DNA of 56,290 nt, the filler included, from Basidiobolus ranarum (taxonomy: Eukaryota): NCBI GenBank assembly GCA_040143965.1. It is 5 parts of 5 records of this genome, joined end to end, with 100 filler letters (N's around TTAATTAATTAA, not from the genome) between each part and the next. Parts side by side here need not be neighbours in the genome. Positions count along the whole stretch, not along the records: positions 1 to 11,204 come from JASJQH010007505.1; positions 11,305 to 22,498 come from JASJQH010007506.1; 3 more parts are not named here. One strand, 5' to 3'. The position numbers and the translations under genes are program-made. Positions 1 to 11,622 of this stretch are shown here, one piece after another (positions within the stretch are counted from its first letter, which is position 1; each line of letters starts with the position of its first letter). The notes under the pieces are model-generated. The model was not told where the DNA came from. It worked only from the letters and a program-made list of their open reading frames with translations, and did no database searches.

Positions 1-176
1 CTCAAACTTTGCACACATGTTCCTGGGACCTTCTTTAACATATTCTACACATTAGTTTGTTTACATCTCGACAAAACTATAAAAGTCAACTTTCTACTCA
101 ATAAATCAATAAGTGAAAACAACCAATTCCTCTAATTCTCCAAACCACTTCCAACAGGCTCCCAAACACTTTAACA
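1..176 (+). mobile_element. 3' part of a Ty1/copia-family LTR, cut by the contig start
   Basis: Aligns by eye with the 3' half of the LTR at 29369-29707 and with the reverse complement of 33596-33776; ends ...CCCAAACACTTTAACA (terminal CA). Confidence 0.85.
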
Positions 177-948
177 ATAATCTGATAATAGAAGAGTTCT
201 ATTTGTGATAGATGATTATACCAAGATCAAAATCATGACACTGAGTGAGATCAAGACCCCATGTATTGGAAAAATATGGGCTGTTTGGAGGAACTTTGGA
301 AAAGTGGAGTTGTGAATAGCTTTGTGAGATAATTATTTATTGTCCAGAAATAAAGCATTTGTACATTTTGGTGGAAATACAGAGAACTAACACTGGGGTT
401 GTGTTCAGAATATCTGTGGAAGTAAAATGAGCTATCTTTGGGCCAAATTGGACACATTTGAAATTTCCAATATGGAATTGCTAATTCTCCCATTATTCAC
501 ATATATATAATATATGTTCCAATTTTCAGTTAAGTGATATATGACTAAGTAATGTTAACTAAGTTATATGTGATATATGAAATAGTCAGGTTTATAAAGA
601 TAGAGATAACAAATATGATAAAGACAATAAACTTCAACACCATCCTCTAATGAGCCACAAGAGAGTATAGTTCCTGAGCATATTCAGTCAGGAAGCCATA
701 CTAATACTGCAAAGAAGCCTGCTATTGAAGCAAGCCCACATATTTCAACCAGATAGCAAAAGAAATTATATCCAACAGCTTAGTTCAAAAATAAAACTCA
801 ACCCTACTATGCAGCCAAAGAAGAATCATGAGTAAAGTCACAGTTACCTATTTGCAGCTTGTACTCTCAGTATTTTGAAAATATAGATATTAATACTACT
901 ACTAATAAAAGTAGCTTAACTGTAACTTAATCAAAAGCAACCATAAAT

Positions 949-1350
949 GGTATATATGTTTCAATGCTGTAATGGAGTTATTTTGTGGAAATCAACAAAA
1001 CAACCTACTGTAGCACTTTCAACAACAGAGCCAGAATATATGACTACATGTGAAGCAACAAAAGATTCAATATGGCTAAGAAGACTTCTTTCAGAGTAGG
1101 GCTATTCCCAACAACTACTTCATGATTGACTAAGTTCTATCAAATTAGCCAAAGTCCCAGATTTGTTACTTGAAGCAGATATTTAGATGTTAGACATCTT
1201 TTTGTTTGAGAGACTATCAAGAATAAGCTTATTGTCTTAACTTATTGATCTACAGAAAGCATCACTGCTGATATATTAACCCAGCCATTAGCTAGGCAAA
1301 GTTCTGAGAAGTTTAGATCTTCTTTGAGATTAGCTTATATGACTATATTG
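949..1350 (+). pseudogene. Degenerate Ty1/copia RNase H coding region
   Basis: Translates YMFQCCNGVILWKSTKQPTVALSTTEPEYMTTCEATKDSIWLRRLLSE*GYSQ..., with stops and deletions. Homologous to the ORF at 21973-22443 and followed by the polypurine tract GAGGGAGAG (1353-1361). Confidence 0.9.
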
Positions 1351-1361
1351 CTGAGGAGGAG

Positions 1362-1509
1362 TGTTGAAATTAGCATTGCCTAAGCACCTATATAGTCCTA
1401 TATAGCTTAGTACTTAGTTATTCCATGTACTAAGATATCACCCAGTGTTCTCAATTAGAATTTACTTCGAATATTTTTACCAACTTAGAAGTTCTCAAAC
1501 ACTTGAACA
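1362..1509 (+). mobile_element. Copia 3' LTR with an internal deletion
   Basis: Starts TGTTGAAATTAGCATTGCC directly after the PPT and ends AAACACTTGAACA; 148 bp versus 339 bp for the copy at 29369-29707. Confidence 0.8.
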
Positions 1510-1740
1510 ATAACACATATATAGAATGGGCTAGCTTCACTGACACTCGAACTCCTGTGTTGATTGAATATCATATGTATCCTAAGTAAATATCATATTA
1601 AGCAAGAAGAAACTGGTGATAAAGACTCCAGATGCAAGTTAACCAATCATTAGCGAATATGCGAGGACTAGGTGATACAAAGATGAAACTGCATTGAGCG
1701 AATATAAACAGTGGCTAACCCAATTAGCCATTTAAATTTA

Positions 1741-1776
1741 ACTGCCACTGCCACTGCCACTGCCACCGCGACTGCA
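1741..1776. repeat. (ACTGCC)n microsatellite
   Basis: Four perfect units followed by two degenerate units. Confidence 0.8.
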
Positions 1777-2307
1777 ACTTTAATATCAAAGTAAGCACAA
1801 TATGTGCATTGAATGCAAGTTGAATAAGAATTCCAAATAAGAATTAGAAATGAATCAATAGTATTATATTATTAGCTAAGCGCCTTGTCGCCTATCCTGA
1901 CTTGATGGATTAACAACACCATCATCATCATTCAGGTCATTCAGGTCATTCAGGCCCTAATCATCCAAATTAAACACTGTCACAACACCTTGGCGATCTC
2001 TTCTCTTGGTCTAATGGATTCGTTACATCAGTGCTTGTACTCGGAAATTATTGGCCACAGGGAAAATAACTAAACAGAAGAAATATGATAGGACGCGATG
2101 ACATCAACGAAAATACACTCCCGATTACGTTGTAAAATATGCATACAAACAATGAATCAACATCTTGTTTGTCAAATAATATTCGCTTCGTGTTGTGAAA
2201 CCCATTCGACCAAAGTATAAAGCTTGCTAACGACCCGTTCAATACTTGATCACCAACCTTCTTTATATTCTACTTTTTCTTATAACAACTTAGCCTTTTT
2301 CAACGAG

Positions 2308-3098
2308 ATGGCTTATATTAAAACCAGTGCAACGTGTTGTTGCTGCATCAATCTTCGTGTTGGATGCTTGATTCTGACATTTCTACAATTGGTAACGACC
2401 TACCAGAATTACCTTTCATTACTTTCATCTAACCTTATTCATTAGATTGTCGGTATAGTGACTACTGTATTAGTGATCCTGAACTGGGTTGGTGTTACTA
2501 ATTCCTCGTTTGGATCCAGCAACACCACCGTGGTCAACCCAAACTCAACATTACAAACCTTGGGGAACATCGGTCAATACGTTTCATTTGGTAGTTTTAT
2601 TGTGATGCTGTTGATTGGAATATTCGGTTTCTTTGGAACACTGAAGGTACCATCTAACCCTGCTGCTGTTAAAGTCTCATGACTTACTAACGTTTACTCT
2701 ATACAGTGCAAGCCATGGATGTTACTCATCTATGTTATTATTACATCCATCATCATGCTGGCCAACCTGGTTGGTGTGGTGCTTTCCTTTATCAATAAGC
2801 AATGGTATAATGGCCTTCTCGCGTTGATTTCGGTCAGTATGATACATTCGCTTCTTTCTTTGCTCTCATACTAATATTCTACTATTTACAGCTACTCATC
2901 CAAGGGTACTTTATCTATGCGGTTTATCGTTATCGTAAGGTAATTCTTGCCGCCAAACACGAATTGAACTACTCCGGTGCCTACATTCCTGATAGTACTA
3001 ACCAAGAGTATAACGCTCATCCATATAATACCGCCCAACCAATGTCCCAACAACCAGCGAATATTGTCCATGCCCCCGACAAGTCATATGGTGTTTGA
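2308..3098 (+). CDS. Four-TM membrane protein (LAPTM/tetraspanin-like architecture), about 205 aa, 4 exons
   Basis: Exons 2308-2391, 2446-2646, 2707-2832 and 2892-3098, all GT-AG and phase 0, splice into one frame: MAYIKTSATCCCCINLRVGCLILTFLQL...APDKSYGV*. N-terminal Cys cluster plus four hydrophobic segments. Confidence 0.8.
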
Positions 3099-3544
3099 TC
3101 ATCCGAATTCACTCTCAATATCAATGTTGTATGTAAAAAAACAATTTGAATTCTTGGATTTGAATATCTGATAATGTGATATGACTGCATCCTTCAGCTG
3201 TACTTGACTATAATAATACCACCTTACCAGTATAGAAATCCCTTATCAACAGATGCAGTGAATCATAAATAAATAAATGAGATAACCATGAAATGGTGAT
3301 TGTTCCTTGCCAATTATATATTCCCATGATTTCATGACGTATTCTTTCGTACTCCATGACCGACTTGCTAATCACTGTAGTGTTCGCATAATCACCGTAA
3401 TCTGTTATAAGTCCATTGGCTGACCAAGATTTGTAAGTGGACGTCATCTCTTCTAAGCCACTAGAACATGACCCACTTCTCTATATAAATGATGTATCCT
3501 CCATGTTGAGTCATCAATCGTTCATTAAGAATCATCTAATCACT

Positions 3545-4478
3545 ATGGTATATCTCTCTTCTTCGCTCGATACACTTCCTTCAATTCTTCTTAACCAATC
3601 TTCTTATTTGTAGTCAGTTGAAGTTGGCACCGTTATCCCCGATATTACCCTTAAATACTGCCAATACGATGCATCTCTTCCAGCTGATGCTTGTGGCAGA
3701 CCTCAAGACTTTCACACCCACGAAAGTAAGTGTGAACTTTACAACTTGCAAGGTTTATTTAGGTACTAAAGAGAGAATTCTTTATTTCCATCCTTTAGAG
3801 CTAAAGGGAAAGAAGGCAGTTATCTTTGCAGTTCCAGGTAAATATTACATTAAAAATTCTCTCTCCTCCCGCTCTCACATGACTAACCCTCTTGCTATTA
3901 GGCGCCTTCACCCCTACTTGTCACAATGATCATTTACCCGGCTATTTGAAGAAATACGATCAGCTGAAGAGCAACAAAGTAGACCTAGTCATCTGTCTTG
4001 CCGCCAAGTACGTATTCATATTCATGCATTCATTCAATGAGGTGAAAAATTCATCACTTTACAACTTCTAAACATTACATTTTTTTCTATTTTAGTGATG
4101 CTTTGTAAGTAGTATATTCGATCATCCTCCCGAAGTAAGTACTAATGTAACACATGACTCTTCTTAAACACTCTAATAGTGTCATGGATGCTTGGGGTAA
4201 AGCTCAGAAGGTTCAAGATAAAATTGTAAGTATTTTCAATAACTTCTATCAAGTCAGTTCTTATTAAATAACCCAATCACTAGCTGATGGTCAGTGATGG
4301 TAACCTCGAATTCACCAAGAAGTTGGGGCTCACTATGGATGCCCGTGGCTTCGCCATGGGTGAGAGAACACAACGTTTTGCCATGATTGTAGACAATCTC
4401 AAGGTCACCTGGATTGGAGTTGAAAATGGATCTGGCGTAGAAGTCAGCGGAGTAGATTCAGTTCTCTCCAACTTATAA
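3545..4478 (+). CDS. PRX5-like peroxiredoxin (Ahp1/Pmp20 family), 7 exons
   Basis: Exons 3545-3547, 3614-3725, 3799-3837, 3902-4007, 4096-4104, 4180-4225 and 4284-4478 give ...AVIFAVPGAFTPTCHNDHLPGY...ICLAANDAFVMDAWG...SDGNLEFTKKLGL...RFAMIV, including the peroxidatic PGAFTPTC motif. Confidence 0.93.
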
Positions 4479-4579
4479 ATAATAAGAGTTGATTGATAAA
4501 ATGAAATAACCATTTACTATCCTGAAATTCAACATGAATAAATGAATAGCTAATCTAAAGTAAAAAAAGCGGCCAATAT

Positions 4580-6168
4580 CTAATCGGATAAGCCATTAGA
4601 GATCAAAGTTGATCTGAGTGCAGATAAACTGACAAGTAAAGACTCCTCGGTTCTTAATGTGCGGCTACCCCGACCTGGGCATGGATTAGTGTAAATATCA
4701 AAAAGAGTAGCAGTATCTTCAATAGCACAATCCAAGTCTTGATCAGTCTCTACTGCGGTTTCGATTCCTGTGTTACCACCTAAGACAATCAAAGCATGTC
4801 TAAAAATATCCGTTTAGTCGGTTAATAATATATTCCAATAATTCGACAACTTTGCTTGAGAAATAATATTACTTGTAAGGTTTCAACTTTGTAGTTGCTT
4901 CTTCAATTGGTTCACCTTTATCTGAAATACCGATCTTTACGTCATAACCCTCCTAGTAACTAACGTTAGTTGACAAAATCTTCTTAGTAAGGTACATTAG
5001 AAGATACATACCGAAAAAGGGCATTCATCGAATACTTTAGAGATTGTAGGGGCGAGGCGGACTTGAAAACCCCAGTATAAACCAAGAGTTTCACGGGGGG
5101 CCTTGGGCGAAACGACCTTCCCTCCAATATATCTGCTATCTATTTGAGAGTCCTTGTTAAGTTCATATATCAAAATTCATTCGAACAATAAACAAACCTT
5201 TAGATGGGACTCCTGCTAGCTGAACTGTAACACGGACGCCATTCTTAAGGGGACGGTCAATTCTTATATCCTATTGAATGATCAACTTAGGAGATTGAAC
5301 TTCAAGATAGAACTAGTAATTTTACTGATACCTTTCTTAGACCACAATTCACGTATGATCCTAAAGCCTTACCGACTTTACCACACACAACACCCTCACG
5401 GTATGGACTATCCTCATCCATGCGTACGTGATGTGGACTATCCAATGAAGCCAGCAAACCTATAAGTTAAGCAAATTAATCTAGGGGCTACAATTGCTAA
5501 CTATCATCGAGAAACAAGCATACCAGCAAATTTGAGGTCTCTATGTACTGGAAACAAAGCCTTACGCAGATATCTAAAGTGATGGATAAGTAAGGTGACA
5601 ATCAAGTAAAACCATTCAGTATATTGATTTTATGGACGTACGGTGGAGTCTCTAAATATTGCAAAACACGAGCCAAAAACACGTTGGGGTCGTCTTTGTT
5701 AGCCCCTTCGAACACACCCTCCGTTGTATCTTGAACTCTTTTATGAGAGTCATTATACACTATGACTTCATCGATATTAAATAAAGCGAAAGCTCTACCA
5801 AGCTATTTAACAGAAAGTGCTTTAGAGAGATTTATCTTCTCGGGAAAGGAATAAATACAACGTTACCTGGCTAACAAGGTATGTTTTTAACTCGGCAGTT
5901 TGTCCTGCCTCAACTACTGAGCCTGGAACAGCTACACTGACTGTGTATTTACGACCCTTAGCCTCTTTTGGAGGGAATTCCTCTACTTTTGGTTGAATCT
6001 CTTCGGTTTTTAATACTTTTTGTCCATTAGGTACAAGTCCTAACTCCTCTTCAAGCTTACGCTACATAAAATATAGACGCGTCAATAAGTGGAGTACACT
6101 TTAGCATTTAGATCAGTAGTTACCTTGGGACCTTTCTTCTTTATCATATTTCCTTTTTGATGGTTCAT
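4580..6168 (-). CDS. SPOUT1: SPOUT-family RNA methyltransferase (SPOUT1/C9orf114 homologue), about 10 exons
   Basis: Spliced segments TVSVAVPGSVV, FNIDEVIVY, LQYLETPPYLRKALFPVHRDLKFAGLL..LDSPHH and C-terminal NPCPGRGSRTLRTEE. ATG at 6168, first intron 6123-6062. Confidence 0.88.
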
Positions 6169-6235
6169 GTTCGCACACGAATTTAAAATGGCTAACGAAA
6201 ATTCAAGTATCAATCAATAGATATGAAATATGAAA

Positions 6236-6250
6236 TAACCCTAACCCTAA
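6236..6250. promoter_or_regulatory. Telobox-like motif TAACCCTAACCCTAA in the SPOUT1 / 7-TM divergent intergenic region
   Basis: 2.5 telomeric-type units 68 bp upstream of the SPOUT1 ATG; function is inferred only. Confidence 0.35.
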
Positions 6251-6984
6251 CAATCAATATTTTTTTTTACTATTCATTCATCATTAATCATAACTAAAGT
6301 CGAAAAAAAACATAACGTTTATGTTACTCCAAACTGCGGGAATTCTGGTTAAATATCCGACTAAACCGGGTTTAAAATTGAAGCTACATCTTCCACAAGA
6401 ATGATCTAAGAACGATGCGAACAATCAGTTTTGCATAACTTGGCAGCTTATCCTGCAGCAATACATCAAAACCTAACCACTCCAGGCACCATTACCATTA
6501 CCACCATCACTAACTTGAATTGGTCATCGAATGGGTCATCGATTTGAATGGCCACCCACTAAGACTCACATTATCAGAACACAACATATTGTGACTGAAT
6601 TTGGTGGTATTGATAAACTCCTTTCTTCAATATCAACAACAATTGAGGTTGCATTTTCCCTTATTTTCCCTGATTTCCCCTTAATAATGTCCATAAAAGA
6701 TGTTAGCTCTTTGGCGTACAAACGACGTATAGCCGGTGATCCTGTCACTGAGATCCTGTCACTTTTCACGGTTTCATTTCATAATAACTCTGTTAATATA
6801 CGAGATGCATGGTTTTATCTCCAGGTTGGGACAATGCATCTATTGTATACAAATATTAAGAAGCGATTTCTCCTAACTTGGTCTCCCTTCTCGTTGTTAA
6901 CTCGCATATATAAGTAGAGTGGGAGAACCTCTCCAACTGAACGTCGATTGATACAAAGTAGTGGCTTAGACTGTAAGCAATATC

Positions 6985-8104
6985 ATGACCCACGAGTCCG
7001 ACTTCACTTACTTAGGTACTACATCTCCCCCTATCTCCCCGGTTCGCTTCCAAACGACCATACTCACATACCTTTTGAATCTGTAGATAGATGTGTTTGC
7101 AATTTGGCTGTCACTGTGTGGGTGCTTTATAGAATTATATCCTCTTCAGCTGGTTTCAGCGGATTCATCCCTTTTCGACGACTGATCAATGGCGACTTGA
7201 AACCCATCATCTCCCTGCTACTAACATTATCGCTTATGCTGGTGATTTCTTCGGATGGCTTGGCCACATTAGTGAAATATAATGAAGGTTTTATCAACGT
7301 CAACAACACTGTCGTGTCTAAACCAAAGAATTTGTGGTTACCTATCAACCTGAAGTTATCTAAAATCGCCGACTTGTTACTGAATTTTAGCTTCGCCTTT
7401 TTGACCAGTTCATTATTTCTTCTTCACGCTTTTTGGCATTTCATGGTGAAAACATTGACCCGGATGAGTTTTATGAGTAGTTTAGAATTTCGTCTTTACC
7501 TGTTCTATTCGTTTCTGAGCCTCACTCTATATCCAACACTTCAGTTTTGGTTTCTACACGACACAAAGAAGACTACCGTAAGTAAACTTACACTTTTGCT
7601 TGCCCAAAGGATTCACTAATGACGTTTCTGTACCTTCACCTTCAGGTTATTCCACAGTTTGTTTTTTGTGCAGGTAATTTCGAGAATTCTCTTTATCAAG
7701 CCTAACAACCTCTCTAATTCTCTTTACACTATACAGAAGGATGTTTCATTGTAATATCAGCAGCTTTCAATCACGTGAGACTCCGGAATGTCTTGCGTGA
7801 AATTAGCACCGCCTCTAGAAGTCCTAGCCATGTATCACAATTCCTACAAACCAATATCTGGTTAGGTTTATCGCTTACACTTATGTGGGCCTCACTTTTG
7901 ACGGTGAACGTGGAATTCATTGGATTTTCAGGGGAACCGGCGAAATTCACATCGGATTTGTTACTAAAACTGTTCAATCTGGGATATGCATTAACATTCA
8001 TGAATATGTTCTCCATACTGTTACCATCCAACCAGGATCAACCTTCGGTAGGGGTGGAAAGTTATGACCTGGGTCTCAAACCCATGACCGTATCTTTCGC
8101 TTGA
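6985..8104 (+). CDS. Uncharacterised multi-pass (about 7-TM) membrane protein, 4 exons
   Basis: Exons 6985-7015, 7087-7577, 7646-7673 and 7737-8104 join in frame (MTHESDFTYLDRCVCNLAVTVWVLYRII...KYNEGF...KPKNLW...), linking ORFs 6948 and 7775; about seven hydrophobic helices. Confidence 0.78.
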
Positions 8105-8399
8105 TTCGATCTCATGTAAAATTCGATATATCCAACATTCCCATCTTTAATGATCCAACACCCCCATCTTTAATGATCCCCATGATTTCTTTATTTTACA
8201 GTTTTGTTCTCATAGCATAGTCAATGACCTTTTTGCTTTCCCATGAATAATCTTTTTGGAAATATTACTATCTGTTGATCAGATTCCCAGATCCCTACCA
8301 TAATAAACCACCCATCGAGTTAGAGTTAACGTATCCGTGACCTTGATCCTGACCTTCACTCACCTGGATGGCCTGAATATTCTGTCAAGAAGAGAGCAG

Positions 8400-8449
8400 T
8401 GTAACACAGAAAACACTTCTTAATAATGTAACACAGAAAACACTTCTTA
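8400..8449. repeat. Direct repeat of TGTAACACAGAAAACACTTCTTA (23 bp, two copies)
   Basis: Exact copies at 8400-8422 and 8427-8449. Confidence 0.85.
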
Positions 8450-9061
8450 GATTTAGGCTTCTGGTGTCACATCACGACAAGAAAATCCAAATCAAAAGAG
8501 TTTTTAGCAATGTGTGTTACACGTGTGGTGTTTGTGGATTCTATATCACTAAACAGATTCCTAATTCAATGTGTGTTGGTTAAATGAGGGTTTCGTTAGG
8601 AGGCGGCATCATCCCAATTTAACTGAAGTGATCAAATGAGGTGAGAGCGTTAACTAATCGAGTCTTCATTCGATTGTTGAATGGTAGCGAGTCTCAATAT
8701 ATTGCTTTTTGATCATCTTTGGCTATTTATCGAATTGCCAGTTCCAATGAAAGATTTCGTTCTAGATAATCCCCTATATATGTATTCGTATTAACCTTTA
8801 AACGTGGAAACAAGGCCAAATCAGAATCCATCTTTTCTCAGTATCAGCCATGGAACATTTCCGACCCATATCCAATCCGGTAATAGGGAAAGCCACCGAG
8901 CATATTCGTTGGCGGATAAGTTAAAGTTAAAATTATTTTACCCTTTCAAGTGGTTCCCTATGATTCGTAGATAGCAATGACTCGTTCCTTTATAATGGCG
9001 TACTGAACACGGTAAAACAGTATTGAACATTTCTTTCCCCCCCCCACTTACTTCAACTACA

Positions 9062-11204
9062 ATGACCAAGTCATCTCTCTTCCGGTCGGAGGAGATGTCC
9101 CTGGTGCAGATGTATATACCAGACGAAATCGCACGTATTACAGTTTCTTGTTTAGGTGATCATGGATTAATCCAGTTTCGGGATCTCAATCCTAGTTTGA
9201 GTGCTTTCCAGAGAGCATTCACCGATGAAATCAAAAAGTTAAACGATTTAGAAAGACAACTACTATTTTTATCTGGAGAGTGCGAGAAAGTGGATATTCC
9301 AGTTGCTCCTATCGATCTGGATGACCCACAGGTTAATCGTATCGTTACCGCTCGAGAAATCGTTGATCTTAAAGAAATCCTTATGGAACGTGAGATTAGA
9401 GTCAATCATCTAAATGAATCTTATTCTGCTTTGTTGAAACAACGTCAGGAGTTACTTGAACATAAATATGTCCTTGAACAGTCTGCCACTATTAGTGGTG
9501 TTCAACAGCAGAAACAGAATTTAATCCCTCCTCAGTATCACCGTAACTCTACTGCCACTAATCTTACTGATAATCCTCAAGCTCCCCTCTTTCCAACCGA
9601 TCTGGAGAATGGCGAGTGGGACGCTAGTGAAAGTGTCAGTTTTGTCGCTGGAGTTATACCACGTGATAGGGTTGGAGTATTCGAACGAATTCTTTGGAGA
9701 ACCCTTCGTGGTAATCTATTCATGAATCAAGAGGAGATTGATGAAGACTTTGTCAACTCGGAAACTGGCCGAATGGAGTCGAAGAATGTATTCATCATCT
9801 TCGCTCATGGTCAAGAACTTATTAGCAAAATCAAAAAAACTGCCGATGCTATGGGTGCCTCTCTTTACCCCGTTGAAGAAGATGCCACCCAAAGACAGGC
9901 GAAATTATTCGATATCGCCATGAAAATCACCGATTTAGATAAAATCATCGACACTACCGATGAAACTCGCCTTAACGAGCTTCAACAAACTGCTACCGGG
10001 TTACCTACTTGGTGCGCCATCTTGAAGAAAGAAAAGGCTACTTATCACATCTTGAATCTTTTCAATTATGATCCTAATCGTAGAGCTTTGATCGCTGAGG
10101 GTTGGTGCCCAACTCTGGACTTGGGAACCGTTCGCAATGCCCTCAAACAAGCAGCCGAGGACGCAGGATCCCCAGTATATCCTATCATGAATGAAGTCAG
10201 CACTCATCGTCAACCACCTACCTTCCACAGAACCAACAAATTCTCCGCAGGATTCCAAAATATCGTGGATGCTTACGGTGTGGCGAGATACGGAGAGGTT
10301 AACCCAGGTTTATTCACCGTGATCACTTTCCCATTCTTGTTCGCAGTGATGTTCGGTGATTTCGGACATGGTATATTCATGTTCCTTGCCGCACTTTATC
10401 TCGTTGTGAAAGAGAAGCAATTGCAAAAATTCGCAAATGGTGAACTCTTCTCTATGCTGTTCGGTGGACGTTACATCATCTTGTTAATGGGTCTCTTCTC
10501 TATCTATACTGGTTTGATCTACAACGATCTCTTCTCCAAGGCAGTGGTATGGTTCCCTGGTGGATGGAAGTGGCCAGAGAATTTCACTGAAGGTGAAACT
10601 ATAGAGGCCATCCAAACCGGAACTACTTATGCCTTTGGGTTGGATTACATGTGGCATGGTGCCGAAAATTACTTGATCTTCACCAACTCTTACAAGATGA
10701 AAATGTCGGTTATCTTTGGTGTACTCCAAATGTCATTTGGTATCATTCTTACCAACTTCAATCATATTCACTTCAACCACAAGTTTGCCATTTGGGCCGA
10801 ATTCATTCCCCAAATTCTGTTCCTTTTAAGTATCTTTGGGTATTTGTGCGTTACCATCATATACAAATGGTTGACCGACTGGAGTAGTGCCAATCCCCCA
10901 AGTCTGTTGAACATGTTGATTTATATGTTCTTGAGTCCTGGTAGTGTTGAAGATTCTGAGTTGTTGTTCCAAGGTCAAGCCACCGTTCAACTTGCACTTT
11001 TGATGATAGCAGCGATTTGCGTCCCTTGGATGTTACTTGCTAAGCCACTTGTCTTAAAGAAACATCATGCCAATGAGGTACGACTAGGAAAGACCACCAG
11101 TACTGCGGAGCAAGAGGTTATTAAGCCAGACAATTCTCATCGTTCCATTGATGGTAAGCACAGACCATCAGAAGAAATAGAGGTCAGTAATGTTGAAGGT
11201 TCAA
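9062..11204 (+). CDS. VPH1: V-type H+-ATPase V0 subunit a (Vph1/Stv1), 3' end truncated by the gap
   Basis: MTKSSLFRSEEMSLVQ, QFRDLNP, FERILWRTLRGN, PPTFHRTNKF, FPFLFAVMFGDFGHG, NSYKMKMS; no introns in the visible part. Confidence 0.96.
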
Positions 11205-11304
11205 NNNNNNNNNNNNNNNNNNNNNNNNNNNNNNNNNNNNNNNNNNNNTTAATTAATTAANNNNNNNNNNNNNNNNNNNNNNNNNNNNNNNNNNNNNNNN
11301 NNNN
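11205..11304. other. Artificial contig spacer (N44-TTAATTAATTAA-N44)
   Basis: Six-frame stop linker, identical at four sites. Confidence 0.97.
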
Positions 11305-11622
11305 AAAAGTAGCGCTGCTGTCCAGAGTTCTGGCTCCCCCTCAGGGTCACCTTCAGCATCTGCTTCGGGCACTTCACCAACGGCTACCGGCTCATCAGGA
11401 ACTAGTAAACCTTCCTCAAGTGGATCGATCGCCTCATCTGGTTCCGCCACCATTTCTGCTTCTACATCAGCACCTTCTGTCCGTTCCTCTGGACAACCTC
11501 CAATTCCAACAAAATCAGCTACCAGTTCTATCCCAAGTAACAAATCCAGTGATGCTTCTCATTCTACCGCCACAAAGATTCTCGGCCTGGCCAGTTTAGG
11601 ACTTCTCTATTTCTGGCTATAG
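11305..11622 (+). CDS. C-terminus of a Ser/Thr/Gly-rich, probably GPI-anchored surface protein (5' end missing)
   Basis: Open frame from the gap: KSSAAVQSSGSPSGSPSASASG...NKSSDASHSTATKILGLASLGLLYFWL*; small-residue omega-like site followed by a hydrophobic tail. Confidence 0.82.
   Translation, partial: KSSAAVQSSGSPSGSPSASASGTSPTATGSSGTSKPSSSGSIASSGSATISASTSAPSVRSSGQPPIPTKSATSSIPSNKSSDASHSTATKILGLASLGLLYFWL

Noticed and set aside
6531..6917. 128-aa ORF upstream of the 7-TM gene
   Set aside because: No recognisable domain, contains intron-like pyrimidine tracts, and I could not splice it convincingly to the 7-TM gene; may be leader sequence.
8400..8449. 23-bp direct repeat as a CRISPR-like array
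   Set aside because: Only two units with a 4-nt gap, no cas genes, eukaryotic context; a simple local duplication.
11249..11260. TTAATTAATTAA palindrome recurring every about 11.3 kb
   Set aside because: Synthetic linker inside N-runs, not biological periodicity.
11253..11543. Minus-strand acidic ORF
   Set aside because: Antisense shadow of the Ser-rich GPI-protein tail.
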